Source of the DNA: Opitutales bacterium | GTDB taxonomy: Bacteria; Verrucomicrobiota; Verrucomicrobiia; Opitutales; UBA953 | Length of the DNA stretch: 64,000 nt | NCBI GenBank assembly: GCA_040398005.1 | Contig: JBBAUX010000002.1 | Coordinates: 114,798-178,797 of the forward strand | Reading direction: 5' to 3' | Shown: in pieces, positions 19,403 to 28,334 of the stretch | Position numbering within the stretch: the first letter of the stretch is position 1 | Layout of the letters: each line of letters opens with the position of its first letter | Notes under the pieces: model-generated | What the model was told of the DNA's origin: nothing | The model's input: the letters and a program-made list of their open reading frames with translations, nothing else | The model's database searches: none | Program-made: the position numbers and the translations under genes

Positions 19403-20049
19403 GCGACTAATCCAGCGATAAAAGCTCGGCGATCAGGTGCTTTGTAAAAAGCGGTACCTGCTACCAAGGTGTCGGCTCCCGCGGCGCGACATTGTAAACC
19501 GGTTTCGTGGTTGATTCCGCCGTCGACTTCTAAACGGAATTTTAAGCCACGATTTTTTCTTTCGTTACTTAAGAACTTAATGCTTTCAAGTACCGATGGC
19601 ATAAAAGACTGTCCGCCGAAACCAGGAAAAACTGTCATGCACAAGACAAGGTCTACTGAATCAAGATACGGTAAAAGTCTCTTAGGGTCGCAATCTGGAT
19701 TCATCGCAATGCCTGTTTGCACACCCGCCTCTTTAATTGCTTTAAGTGTCTTGGCGACATCATGGTCGGCTTCGACATGAACAGTAATCGTTTCGGCGCC
19801 GGCTTTGATGAAGGGAGTGATGTAGCGATCTGGATTTTGTAACATCAGGTGCACATCGAAATGCAGTTTGGTCCGCGATCTTAAATCGGCCACCACCTGT
19901 GGACCAAAGCTGATGTTCGGCACAAAGTGTCCATCCATAATATCGAGGTGCACCCACTTTAATCCGGCCTCTTCAATTGCTTTAATCCCGAGCGCAAATT
20001 CACCGTGATTAGCGGCGAGCAGGGAAGGAGCAATGATCGGCGAATTCAT
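19399..20049 (-). CDS. rpe: Ribulose-phosphate 3-epimerase
   Basis: IAPSLL, HLDIMDGHFVPN, DVHLM, MTVFPGFGGQ, EVDGG. Confidence 0.96.
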   Translation of the reverse strand: MNSPIIAPSLLAANHGEFALGIKAIEEAGLKWVHLDIMDGHFVPNISFGPQVVADLRSRTKLHFDVHLMLQNPDRYITPFIKAGAETITVHVEADHDVAKTLKAIKEAGVQTGIAMNPDCDPKRLLPYLDSVDLVLCMTVFPGFGGQSFMPSVLESIKFLSNERKNRGLKFRLEVDGGINHETGLQCRAAGADTLVAGTAFYKAPDRRAFIAGLVA

Positions 20050-20051
20050 AG

Positions 20052-20552
20052 TTACCAAGCCGTGGTCGCAGCCTCTCGTATTTGGCTAACGATATCCGTA
20101 AATAAACCCGGTGCGACACTGCGCTCTTCCGCGGAAGCATCACCGTTGGGCTGCAAGGTTGCGGAGGCACTAAATTCTCGGTCCTTAAACAAAACCTTTG
20201 TTCCGTTGTTAGTGGTTAAGGTACAACGTACCGTGATTGAAATATTAAAACTACTGTAGGTATAACTATCGGTCGATTTCGTGGTCAGACCTTGGTGGGT
20301 GTAGCGAGTGACAACGGTTTCTAATTTTGCTCCGCCTGGACCGATTTTAATGCGTGGGTCGGCGGTAAAAGATTCAACTAATTTTTGTTCAAGAACGACC
20401 TGAGTGCCGATGCGCGAAGTGTTATTTTTAATGGGAGCAATTTCAATCGTCGAGAACGTGGGTTTAGGTCCACCGAGTTCATAGGACGAGCAGCCCGTTT
20501 GGCTGATGGTTAAACTCAGACCCAGAAATATGAAGAGTGTGCGTAAGCTCAT
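20052..20552 (-). CDS. lptE: LptE-like LPS assembly lipoprotein
   Basis: Lipoprotein signal ..TGCSSYELG, size and beta-rich layout ending in a helix (IVSQIREAATTAW); follows BamD-like gene. Confidence 0.65.
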   Translation of the reverse strand: MSLRTLFIFLGLSLTISQTGCSSYELGGPKPTFSTIEIAPIKNNTSRIGTQVVLEQKLVESFTADPRIKIGPGGAKLETVVTRYTHQGLTTKSTDSYTYSSFNISITVRCTLTTNNGTKVLFKDREFSASATLQPNGDASAEERSVAPGLFTDIVSQIREAATTAW

Positions 20553-21673
20553 GGTCGGGAATTTTCGGTTGCCGGGTTAATCGTTTCTTTGCGGAAACCC
20601 AGTGCGTCCAATTCATCACCCACCGTGACGGGTTTGTTGTCGGTGCTGGAAGTTGGACGTGGATAAGCGCCGAGTAATTTGTCCGCAAGGGTTGTGGGCG
20701 GACTAGGATTTTTCTCGATTTCCTTGAGTAAAATTTGGGCTTCTACCGCGGCGTCGGATTCTGGTGAAATACTTCGGCAGGCATTAGCCATGAGTTTAGC
20801 GGCTTCAGGATTGTTGCGGCTGTACCAATAGAATTTTCCGAGATTGAGGCGGGCACGTGCTGCGCGATCGCGTAAGATCTTAATTTGTTCCGGTGCGTTT
20901 TTCGCGCGTGGATCGTTTGGATATTGGTCGGCGAGAGTCTTCCAGTGGTCTGCCGAATCGATGGTGCTCGCTTGATCCCAATCGGGACCGAGTGATTCTT
21001 CGCTACGCAGTTTAGCCAGTCTTTCCAGGGCTTCCGGTGCGTATTTCGAATTGGGATAGTCGCTGATAATACGCACTAAGGCATCAAGACTTTCGGCAGT
21101 GCGACCTTGATCCGCATTGAGACGGGCGATGCGAATGAGGGCGATGTCAGCGAGTAGTCCATTGGGTGCTACTTTCACAACTTTTTCGTAAACGGCGACC
21201 GCGTGTAATCGGTCTTTAAACCAGGGGAACCAACCACCCAATTGCGGGCGAGCTCCCTCTGCCAAACGCGAGGCGATGATAAAATCTAAATCGATGGCGT
21301 CTTGGAAATTTACGTAGTGGGTGTGACGTTTAAAAAATTCATCCAAGTCTTCGCGTTCGGCTGGTTCAAACTGATTGCGAGCAATATGAATTTTTGCTCT
21401 CGCGATTAGGGCAATCGCTTCGCCTTCGTGACCAAATTGGGTATCGGCAATTTTATTCCAGAGCGATAAAGCTTTGGAATAATCTTTCGCATCTGTCACG
21501 GCTTGGGCTTCGTTAATTTGATTTAATAACTCAGGTAACGTGGTTGGTGCAATGGCGACAGAAGTGGTGCCGTCTTTGAGCGTCCAGCGAGGTCCAGTGT
21601 GAATCAGTTCGGCCTGACACGTGAGTGTGAGGACGAGAGCGAGGATGCTGAAGAATTTATTTTTTAGGTTCAT
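20549..21673 (-). CDS. bamD: BamD-like TPR outer-membrane assembly protein
   Basis: Signal peptide; ISDYPNSKYAPEA, DQ.ST..S, YPNDPRA, A...LNLGKFY typical of BamD. Confidence 0.6.
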   Translation of the reverse strand: MNLKNKFFSILALVLTLTCQAELIHTGPRWTLKDGTTSVAIAPTTLPELLNQINEAQAVTDAKDYSKALSLWNKIADTQFGHEGEAIALIARAKIHIARNQFEPAEREDLDEFFKRHTHYVNFQDAIDLDFIIASRLAEGARPQLGGWFPWFKDRLHAVAVYEKVVKVAPNGLLADIALIRIARLNADQGRTAESLDALVRIISDYPNSKYAPEALERLAKLRSEESLGPDWDQASTIDSADHWKTLADQYPNDPRAKNAPEQIKILRDRAARARLNLGKFYWYSRNNPEAAKLMANACRSISPESDAAVEAQILLKEIEKNPSPPTTLADKLLGAYPRPTSSTDNKPVTVGDELDALGFRKETINPATENSRP

Positions 21674-22670
21674 GCCAACGAAGGAGTGTTGCTCCCCAGG
21701 TTAATCCTGAGCCGAAAGCGACGAGCAGGACAAGGTCACCGTGTTTGATTTTGCCTTCCCGCCAAGCCTCTTCGAGGGCGAGGGGAATCGAGGCAGCCGA
21801 AGTATTCCCAAATCGGTCTAAATTTGAAGGAAATCGCTCAAGCCCAACATTCAATTGGCCCGCCACCGCCTCAAGAATACGTGCATTGGCTTGGTGAGGG
21901 ATAAACCAAGCTACTTGATCGGAGGTTACTCCACATTTGTTTAAAACGCGCTGACAGGATTCGGACATGACACGTACGGCGAGCTTAAAAACTTCTTTGC
22001 CGTTCATGCGCAGGCAGTGTTCGCGATTTTGAATCGTTTCGGGTGTCGATGGTTTAGCTGAGCCGCCCGCCACGCTATGAATAAGTTCAGCGTTAGTTCC
22101 ATCGGAGCCCAACATGTTTCCGAGAATGCCCACGTTAGGAGTATCGGTTAATTCTAAAATAGCGGCTCCCGCTCCGTCGCCAAAAAGTACGCACGTGGTG
22201 CGATCTTGCCAGTCGAGAACTCCGGAAAGTTTTTCGGTTCCGACAACGAGGGCGCGTCGGTAATTTCCCGAACGCAACATATCGGTGCCCACTTGAAGAG
22301 CGAAAATAAATCCAGAACAAGCGGCAGAAACATCGAAGGCCGGAATGTCGCGACGAAGTCCGAGTTTAGCTTGAAGAATACAAGCCGTTGAAGGGAAGGG
22401 GACGTCGGGCGTCATGGTCGCCACGATCAGAAGGTCGATATCTTCAGGATTTAGTCCGGCATTTTTAAGGGCTTGGGCGGCCGCTTTTGCTCCCATGTCG
22501 GAAGGATTTTCGTTGGGTCCGGCGATACGACGTTCGGCAATCCCTGAGCGTGTTTTAATCCACTCATCGTTCGTATCGACAATCTTCGATAAGTCATCGT
22601 TGGTCAGTTTTTGCTCGGGTGTATGGACGCCGAGTGAACGGATGAAGACTGAGGATTGAGCCGGGTTCAT
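21657..22670 (-). CDS. fabH: 3-oxoacyl-ACP synthase III
   Basis: AACSGF, LFGDGAGA, PHQAN, GNTSAASIP, FGSGLTWG. Confidence 0.96.
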   Translation of the reverse strand: MNPAQSSVFIRSLGVHTPEQKLTNDDLSKIVDTNDEWIKTRSGIAERRIAGPNENPSDMGAKAAAQALKNAGLNPEDIDLLIVATMTPDVPFPSTACILQAKLGLRRDIPAFDVSAACSGFIFALQVGTDMLRSGNYRRALVVGTEKLSGVLDWQDRTTCVLFGDGAGAAILELTDTPNVGILGNMLGSDGTNAELIHSVAGGSAKPSTPETIQNREHCLRMNGKEVFKLAVRVMSESCQRVLNKCGVTSDQVAWFIPHQANARILEAVAGQLNVGLERFPSNLDRFGNTSAASIPLALEEAWREGKIKHGDLVLLVAFGSGLTWGATLLRWHEPKK

Positions 22671-22719
22671 CAAGTAGTCGAAGTAAGCCCTCCGCGGGGA
22701 AGAAGGGAACACTAAAACC

Positions 22720-23790
22720 TCATTCTTCTTCCGGAGTCGAAGAAATTACGGCATTTGCTTCCGCTAAAGCGACTAACATTCGGCGGTTGGCATCATGCCC
22801 CACGGCTTCGAGGCCTAGGCGAATGGCACTGGCGATACTTTGACGATTGCTCGAACCGTGAGCTTTCATGACTAAACTTGAGAGTCCTAATAAAGGAGCT
22901 CCGCCGTATTTTTCAGGCTTAAGTTTTCCTTTAAGTTCACGCAAGAGGGGGAACATGGCGATACCGCCCGCGAGGTAGACGGGATTACTCTTAACTTTTT
23001 TGCCGACCATATCTCTCACCATGTAAACCAGACCTTCGAGAGTTTTTAAAATAACATTTCCGGTGAAGCCATCGGTGACCACGACATCACAAGCGTCGCC
23101 AAATACGTCAAACCCTTCCACGGGTCCGATATAATTAATTTTATCACCCATCGCTTTTAATAAAGTATGCGTGCGATTAATTCTGGCGCCGCCTTTACCT
23201 TCTTCAGTGCCCACGGATAATAAACCCACGCGTGGATGGGTGATGCCTAATGCACTTTGTGCATAGATGGAGCCGAATACGGCGTTATGGACTAAATGTT
23301 CAGGTTTGGCTTCAGGATTTGCGCCCACATCAAGCATCACGAAATGCCCTTCACGACGGGGCATAATAGCTGCTAGAGCAGGACGTTCGGCGCCTTCCAT
23401 GGGACGTACTTTAATCGTTCCCGCTGCCACTAATGCTTTGGTATTACCGGTAGAAATAACGAGATCAGCCTGACCCGCTTTGAGCATATCCAAAGCAATC
23501 AACATCGAAGAATCGCGTTTAGATTTAATGACCGTCATCGCGGCGTCATCGGGATTCACCACCGTCGCGGCATGTTTAAATTCAATGCGCTTAGATTTAA
23601 GAATGCGGTGCTCGGCGGCGAGTTGGCGCAAATTATCTTCGTGACCTACTAAAATAATTTTATCGTTGGGGCCGACAAAGCCTTCACGCAATGCAAGGGA
23701 TGCACCCGCGACGGCTTCGGAAGGACCTAAATCGCCACCCATACAATCGAGGGCGATTTTTTTCCCAGTGGGCGTGATTTCTTCGCTCAT
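22720..23790 (-). CDS. plsX: Phosphate acyltransferase
   Basis: IALDCMGGD, SSM, STGNT, DGFTGNVILK, GGAPLLG, KAHGSS. Confidence 0.96.
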   Translation of the reverse strand: MSEEITPTGKKIALDCMGGDLGPSEAVAGASLALREGFVGPNDKIILVGHEDNLRQLAAEHRILKSKRIEFKHAATVVNPDDAAMTVIKSKRDSSMLIALDMLKAGQADLVISTGNTKALVAAGTIKVRPMEGAERPALAAIMPRREGHFVMLDVGANPEAKPEHLVHNAVFGSIYAQSALGITHPRVGLLSVGTEEGKGGARINRTHTLLKAMGDKINYIGPVEGFDVFGDACDVVVTDGFTGNVILKTLEGLVYMVRDMVGKKVKSNPVYLAGGIAMFPLLRELKGKLKPEKYGGAPLLGLSSLVMKAHGSSNRQSIASAIRLGLEAVGHDANRRMLVALAEANAVISSTPEEE

Positions 23791-23820
23791 GATTGCACGG
23801 GCGTTGCCCGTAAAAATTGC

Positions 23821-24000
23821 TTAAGCCTCGGTGTCGAGGACTTGACGACCACGGTATTTACCGGTGGTTGGATCGACACGGTGTGAACGGCGGAGGGCGC
23901 CTGATTCAGCATCGCGTACGAGCTTGGGAGCACGGAACTGATTGGCCCCGCGACGAAGGCGACTGCGGCGTTTAGACTGTTTGCGTTTCGGATTTGCCAT
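23821..24000 (-). CDS. rpmF: 50S ribosomal protein L32 (Cys-free form)
   Basis: MANPKRKQSKRRSRLRR..HRVD..GKYRGRQV; upstream of plsX. Confidence 0.93.
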   Translation of the reverse strand: MANPKRKQSKRRSRLRRGANQFRAPKLVRDAESGALRRSHRVDPTTGKYRGRQVLDTEA

Positions 24001-24102
24001 GGTTTTGCTCTGGTTGAGGGTCAGATGTAGAGTCTCCCTGCCCCCACGGTCAAGCCCCCATTCAATGGCTTGCACTACTTATTTGCCTCGATTGGCTGAG
24101 GT

Positions 24103-24657
24103 ATGGCCAAATCGCCCGCCCTTTTCCTCGATCGGGATGGAAATCTCATCGAAGACCACCATCACACCTGCCAAGTTGACCAAGTAATCCTTATTTCTGG
24201 GGTGAAACCAGCCCTCGAGGCCTGTTTATCCGCTGGCTATAAGCTTTTTATTCTGACCAACCAAAGTGGAATAAATCGGGGGATTTTCACCTGGGAGCAA
24301 TACCATGCCTGCAATCAACGCATGTTGGAACTGCTGGATTTGCCGGCCCCAGGAATTTTAGAAATCAAAGCCGCCCCCGAAAAACCGGATGAGCCGTCTT
24401 TGTATCGTAAGCCCAGTCCGCGATTTATTTTAGAAATGATTGAACGACATGAACTCGATCCCGCGCGTTGCTGGATGGTGGGCGATCGTATCACCGATTG
24501 GGACGCTGGATTAAATGCCGGGATAAAATCTTGTGCCGTGCGCAGTGGGGCCGGTCGCGTTGAAGATTTTATTTATGCAGAGAAAATGAAATTCACCATA
24601 CGCCAAGATTTCCCCGAGTTCGTTCGTCAGGATCTCGGCTTGAATTGGAATAAATAA
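24103..24657 (+). CDS. gmhB: HAD IIIA phosphatase (GmhB / histidinol-phosphatase family)
   Basis: FLDRDG, TNQSG, RKP, MVGDR..D. Confidence 0.8.
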   Translation: MAKSPALFLDRDGNLIEDHHHTCQVDQVILISGVKPALEACLSAGYKLFILTNQSGINRGIFTWEQYHACNQRMLELLDLPAPGILEIKAAPEKPDEPSLYRKPSPRFILEMIERHELDPARCWMVGDRITDWDAGLNAGIKSCAVRSGAGRVEDFIYAEKMKFTIRQDFPEFVRQDLGLNWNK

Positions 24658-24685
24658 AAAGGGCGAACTCGAAAGTTCGCCCTTT
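24656..24685. terminator. Bidirectional Rho-independent terminator
   Basis: AAAGGGCGAACT-CGAA-AGTTCGCCCTTT between convergent genes. Confidence 0.8.
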
Positions 24686-24706
24686 AAAATCAGTATATAA
24701 AACTAA

Positions 24707-25129
24707 TTAGGCCTTAGGAGCTTCGGTCGGAGCGGCAGGGCACTTTTCGCCGTCTTTTTTCTCACAACCACCACAGTGGCTTGAGATTTCGCTTTTTACA
24801 GGCTCGGTCTTCGCAGGCTCAGTTGCAGGAGTGGTGACAGGAGCAGTGGTTGGCTCATCTTTTTTACCACAGCTACCACAGTGGTTTGAAATTTCGCTTT
24901 TTACAGGCTCAGTTTTCGCAGGCTCAGTTGCTGGAGCAGTGGTTGGGTCATCTTTTTTACCACAGCTACCACAGTGATTTGAGATTTCGCTCTTGGGAGC
25001 ATCGTTAGGGCAGCAAGGTGAGTCTTTGTCATCTTTTTTCTTTTCTGTCTCAGCAGCAAAGCTGGTCACAGAAGTAATCGCCAAGGCGACTGCGGCGGTT
25101 GTTAGTAAACGGAGGAATGAGGATTTCAT
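24707..25129 (-). CDS. Secreted low-complexity protein with three HCGxC cassettes
   Basis: Sec signal (SFA/AE); SEISNHCGSCGKKD x2, SEISSHCGGCEKKD; Pro/Thr/Glu linkers; own terminator. Confidence 0.8.
   Translation of the reverse strand: MKSSFLRLLTTAAVALAITSVTSFAAETEKKKDDKDSPCCPNDAPKSEISNHCGSCGKKDDPTTAPATEPAKTEPVKSEISNHCGSCGKKDEPTTAPVTTPATEPAKTEPVKSEISSHCGGCEKKDGEKCPAAPTEAPKA
24752..24991 (-). repeat. Intragenic tandem repeat (units of 93 nt, 105 nt and a partial third)
   Basis: Near-identical DNA units encoding SEISNHCGSCGKKD-PTTAP..TEPAKTEPVK. Confidence 0.9.
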
Positions 25130-25166
25130 AGGACAGTATGTAGACTAACACAAATAAAAGTTTAGC

Positions 25167-25985
25167 CTACTTTGTCAAGTGATGCTCTATATCGCTCTCA
25201 GTTAAGAGCTTATTCATCTTTGAGCAGGCATTCAATAAACTGCTACTAGGCAACCAGTTACAACCACTGTTGGTAGAATAGACGTTTTTATTTTTTACGG
25301 CACATACCCCTCTAACTGCGGGCAACTTCGTAAACTCACTCCAATGTTTCGGGGACAGGGTGATCGGTCCATCAACCGGATTATTATTTATCCACAAAAT
25401 GACGTCGGGGTTAAATTGCGCAATCATTTCCCAGTCACACTTAATCCATGTTGAATCAGGAAACGGCAGCTCGAATCCACTTTTTTCTAATGGCCCAGCG
25501 AGATAAGAATTTTTTCCAGCCATCATCCCGTCCCAGATCACTAAAAGTTTTTTAGATGAACTGGACCGTTTTTTTTCTAACTCAGAAATTAAATCGTTGG
25601 CTAACTTTTCTTGGTGAACGGCCTCTCCCATTAAACGCACATCTTCGCTGACACTGTTCTTGGTTTCCGACGATAGCACTAATACTTTTAATCCAGCTTG
25701 TCGGCAGCGATCCGCCCACAAGGGATTGGCCAGACGTGGTAAAATCACCAAAGTCGGTTTTTTCTGCAAAAGTTTTTCCAAGTCGGGATTGAATACATCG
25801 CAATCGCGTGACGCTGAATGCTCAGTGGGCAGGGGACACCACTTCGTGGCGGCGACAATTTGCGCCGCACAATTTAAATCAATCAGCGTTTGGGTTGCCC
25901 CTGGACTGTAACTCGCAATCCGCATGGGCTCGGTAGCAGTCGCCCAACTGAAACATAAAAGCGTTAATAAAAACTGACGAATCAT
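25167..25985 (-). CDS. Helical-backbone substrate-binding protein (BtuF/FhuD-like, cobalamin or metal chelate)
   Basis: Signal peptide; RIASYSPGATQTL, PDLEKLL.KKPTLVI, NPDVI; start set at MIRQF. Confidence 0.75.
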   Translation of the reverse strand: MIRQFLLTLLCFSWATATEPMRIASYSPGATQTLIDLNCAAQIVAATKWCPLPTEHSASRDCDVFNPDLEKLLQKKPTLVILPRLANPLWADRCRQAGLKVLVLSSETKNSVSEDVRLMGEAVHQEKLANDLISELEKKRSSSSKKLLVIWDGMMAGKNSYLAGPLEKSGFELPFPDSTWIKCDWEMIAQFNPDVILWINNNPVDGPITLSPKHWSEFTKLPAVRGVCAVKNKNVYSTNSGCNWLPSSSLLNACSKMNKLLTESDIEHHLTK

Positions 25986-26899
25986 CGAGAAGACAGAATC
26001 TCTGCTAGTCGTAACGCTGAATTGAAACTTCCACAATCCACCACGCCTTTTCCAGCAATCTCAAAAGCGGTGCCATGATCGGGGCTGGTTCGAACATACT
26101 TTAATCCCAATGTCAGATTAGCGGCTGTGGAAAAATCGACCAATTTTAAAGGGGCTAGGCCTTGGTCATGATACATCGCGACGACCGCATCAAACTCACT
26201 TTTTAGGTGACGATAAAAAGCAGTATCGCCTGATAGGGGTCCGGTGACATCGAAACCTTCGCCGCGCAGTGTTTCCACGACGGGCTGAATAACGGTTTTA
26301 TCTTCCTGACCTAACAAACCATTTTCACCGGCGTGAGGATTCAGTCCGCATACCGCAATGCGCGGATTTTTATCACCGAGTTTTTTACGCAACTGAATGA
26401 GAGCTAAAATAGTTTGGCGAATATTGACCGAATTAATTTGGATCGAAACCGATTGTAGCGGGATATGCCAAGTCACTAATCCCACGGTCATTTTGCCACC
26501 GGCAAACGCCATGACCGGTTCACCCTGCCAGTGATGGGCGAAGAATTCTGTTTGCCCTGGAAACTTATAACCTACTCGCGATAAATTATTTTTGCTGACG
26601 GGTCCCGTCACAACGGCGCAAAACTTTCCGTCCGCGACTCCTTTCGCTGCACATTCCATGGCGGCGATGGCGATGCGGCTGCCTTCAGCATCGGGCTTTC
26701 CAGGATTTATAATATAATTACCTGGTCCAACGGCGAACGACTCTGGATTTTTCATTCCCAAAGTTTTCAACCAAGAGAGTGGTCCGATGGGTGCGACCTT
26801 ATTAATTAATTCTGGATGCGATTTGATCCACGCAGCAATCAGCTCAGGCCCAACGCCCGCTGGGTCGCCACAGGTTAAGGCAATCGGAGTTTGGCTCAT
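25982..26899 (-). CDS. pdxA: 4-hydroxythreonine-4-phosphate dehydrogenase
   Basis: GDPAGVGPE, GLNPHAGE, MYHDQGL, RTSPDHGTAF. Confidence 0.93.
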   Translation of the reverse strand: MSQTPIALTCGDPAGVGPELIAAWIKSHPELINKVAPIGPLSWLKTLGMKNPESFAVGPGNYIINPGKPDAEGSRIAIAAMECAAKGVADGKFCAVVTGPVSKNNLSRVGYKFPGQTEFFAHHWQGEPVMAFAGGKMTVGLVTWHIPLQSVSIQINSVNIRQTILALIQLRKKLGDKNPRIAVCGLNPHAGENGLLGQEDKTVIQPVVETLRGEGFDVTGPLSGDTAFYRHLKSEFDAVVAMYHDQGLAPLKLVDFSTAANLTLGLKYVRTSPDHGTAFEIAGKGVVDCGSFNSALRLAEILSSR

Positions 26900-27675
26900 T
26901 CGGGTTGGACAGTGCGTCCACGTTTTCCTCCTAAAAAGAAATCCAGAAACTCCAAAGCTTCAGGTGTGATGAAGTCGCCGGATTTTAGGGCGGATTGTGC
27001 TAAGTCCGCACAGTTTCCGCTGGGTGCGTAGACGGTGTGATAGGCTTTTTTAATTTCGGCAATCACATCGTTGCTCAGTCCGCGTCGGCGCATGCCCACT
27101 AAGTTTAAACCCGAGATTTGATTGCGTGAGTGAGCCAAACCCTGTGGCGGAACGTCTTCGGTGATGACGGCATTACCCGAGGTCATAGAGCCTTTGCCAA
27201 TTCGACAGAATTGATGAACGGCTACTCCACCACTCACAAAGGCATGGTCGCCCACGTTGACGTGTCCACCCAACATACAGCCATTCGCAAGGATGACATG
27301 ATCACCCGTGGTGCAATCGTGCGCGACGTGCGCACCCGCCATAATAAAATTATTTTTACCAATCCGTGTCGTGCCGCCTTCAGAGGTGGCTCGGTGGATG
27401 GTGACGTGTTCTCGAATGACCGTGGCATCACCGATGCTCACATTCGAAGAGGTCGAAGAATTAAAATGAAGGTCTTGGGGGTCGCCGCCAATGACGCTGA
27501 AATGATCTATTTTTACTTTCTCTCCAAGCATGGAACCTTTTTTGATGATAGCCTGTGCGCTAATTTCACATTCATTGCCGATTACGACATTCGCTTCAAT
27601 AATTGCCAATGGCCCGATAACAAGGGCGTTTCCTAGTCGGGCAGAGGGATGAATCTGGGCGGAAGAATGAATCAC
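26896..27675 (-). CDS. lpxA: UDP-N-acetylglucosamine acyltransferase
   Basis: Hexapeptide repeats, GGDPQD, IREHVTIHR, HVAHDC, VHQF, GLNLVGMRR. Confidence 0.95.
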   Translation of the reverse strand: MIHSSAQIHPSARLGNALVIGPLAIIEANVVIGNECEISAQAIIKKGSMLGEKVKIDHFSVIGGDPQDLHFNSSTSSNVSIGDATVIREHVTIHRATSEGGTTRIGKNNFIMAGAHVAHDCTTGDHVILANGCMLGGHVNVGDHAFVSGGVAVHQFCRIGKGSMTSGNAVITEDVPPQGLAHSRNQISGLNLVGMRRRGLSNDVIAEIKKAYHTVYAPSGNCADLAQSALKSGDFITPEALEFLDFFLGGKRGRTVQPE

Positions 27676-28283
27676 TTGGAAGACGGATTATTAGAGAATA
27701 GTTCTAGCTGCGCCGGTTTGACCATATCGTAGACGCGCAGCAGGCGTAAAAGTTGTAAGGTGTCGGAGCGAGCGTAGCTTTGATTAGATTCTACATTCTG
27801 AATCATGTTTTCCAAAATCGTTCGGAAGGTAATCACATGGTCAACGCCACTTTGTTTAAGCAGCGCAATACTTTCGGCACGTTGGGGTTCTTGGGCAGGC
27901 AAACCAGGGAGAATTAATATTTTAGATAAATTTTCATTTTCCGTTTGGCGTAATTCGGCAAAAGCCGCTTTGGCTGCTTCGACGGCTTCTTGTCGGACAA
28001 ACTCCAGCAAGTCTCCTTTGCGGATCATCGTGGGCGTAATCGCTTTCGTGGTATGCCAGGCTTTAACCGCGACGACCGCAGCGGTAATTCCTGGCAAGTC
28101 GGCGGAGAAAAGTTGAAAAGGAAGTTGGACGTCACGACGGGGCGATGGATTGATCACGTATAAATCGCCTTCTTCGTCGGCTCGCTTGCGTCGTGATTGC
28201 ACGGCGTACTTGCGTGATTGGCGCACGAAGAACCCGTTCACTTCAAAGTATTCTCTTACTAGGCTGTCGTCGAAACCCGCCAT
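27672..28283 (-). CDS. Hypothetical protein, possible restriction-endonuclease-like fold
   Basis: LVREYFE.NGF.V...EGDLYV...VVAVK; 4-nt overlap with lpxA. Confidence 0.7.
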   Translation of the reverse strand: MAGFDDSLVREYFEVNGFFVRQSRKYAVQSRRKRADEEGDLYVINPSPRRDVQLPFQLFSADLPGITAAVVAVKAWHTTKAITPTMIRKGDLLEFVRQEAVEAAKAAFAELRQTENENLSKILILPGLPAQEPQRAESIALLKQSGVDHVITFRTILENMIQNVESNQSYARSDTLQLLRLLRVYDMVKPAQLELFSNNPSSK

Positions 28284-28334
28284 AGTCAGAACATTGCCAC
28301 CGAATGGTCGTTCGGGTCAATCTGCGATACTCGA

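Noticed and set aside
24752..24991. Repeats as a CRISPR array or c-type heme motifs
   Set aside because: Units are in-frame coding duplications without unique spacers or cas genes; motif is HCxxC, not CxxCH
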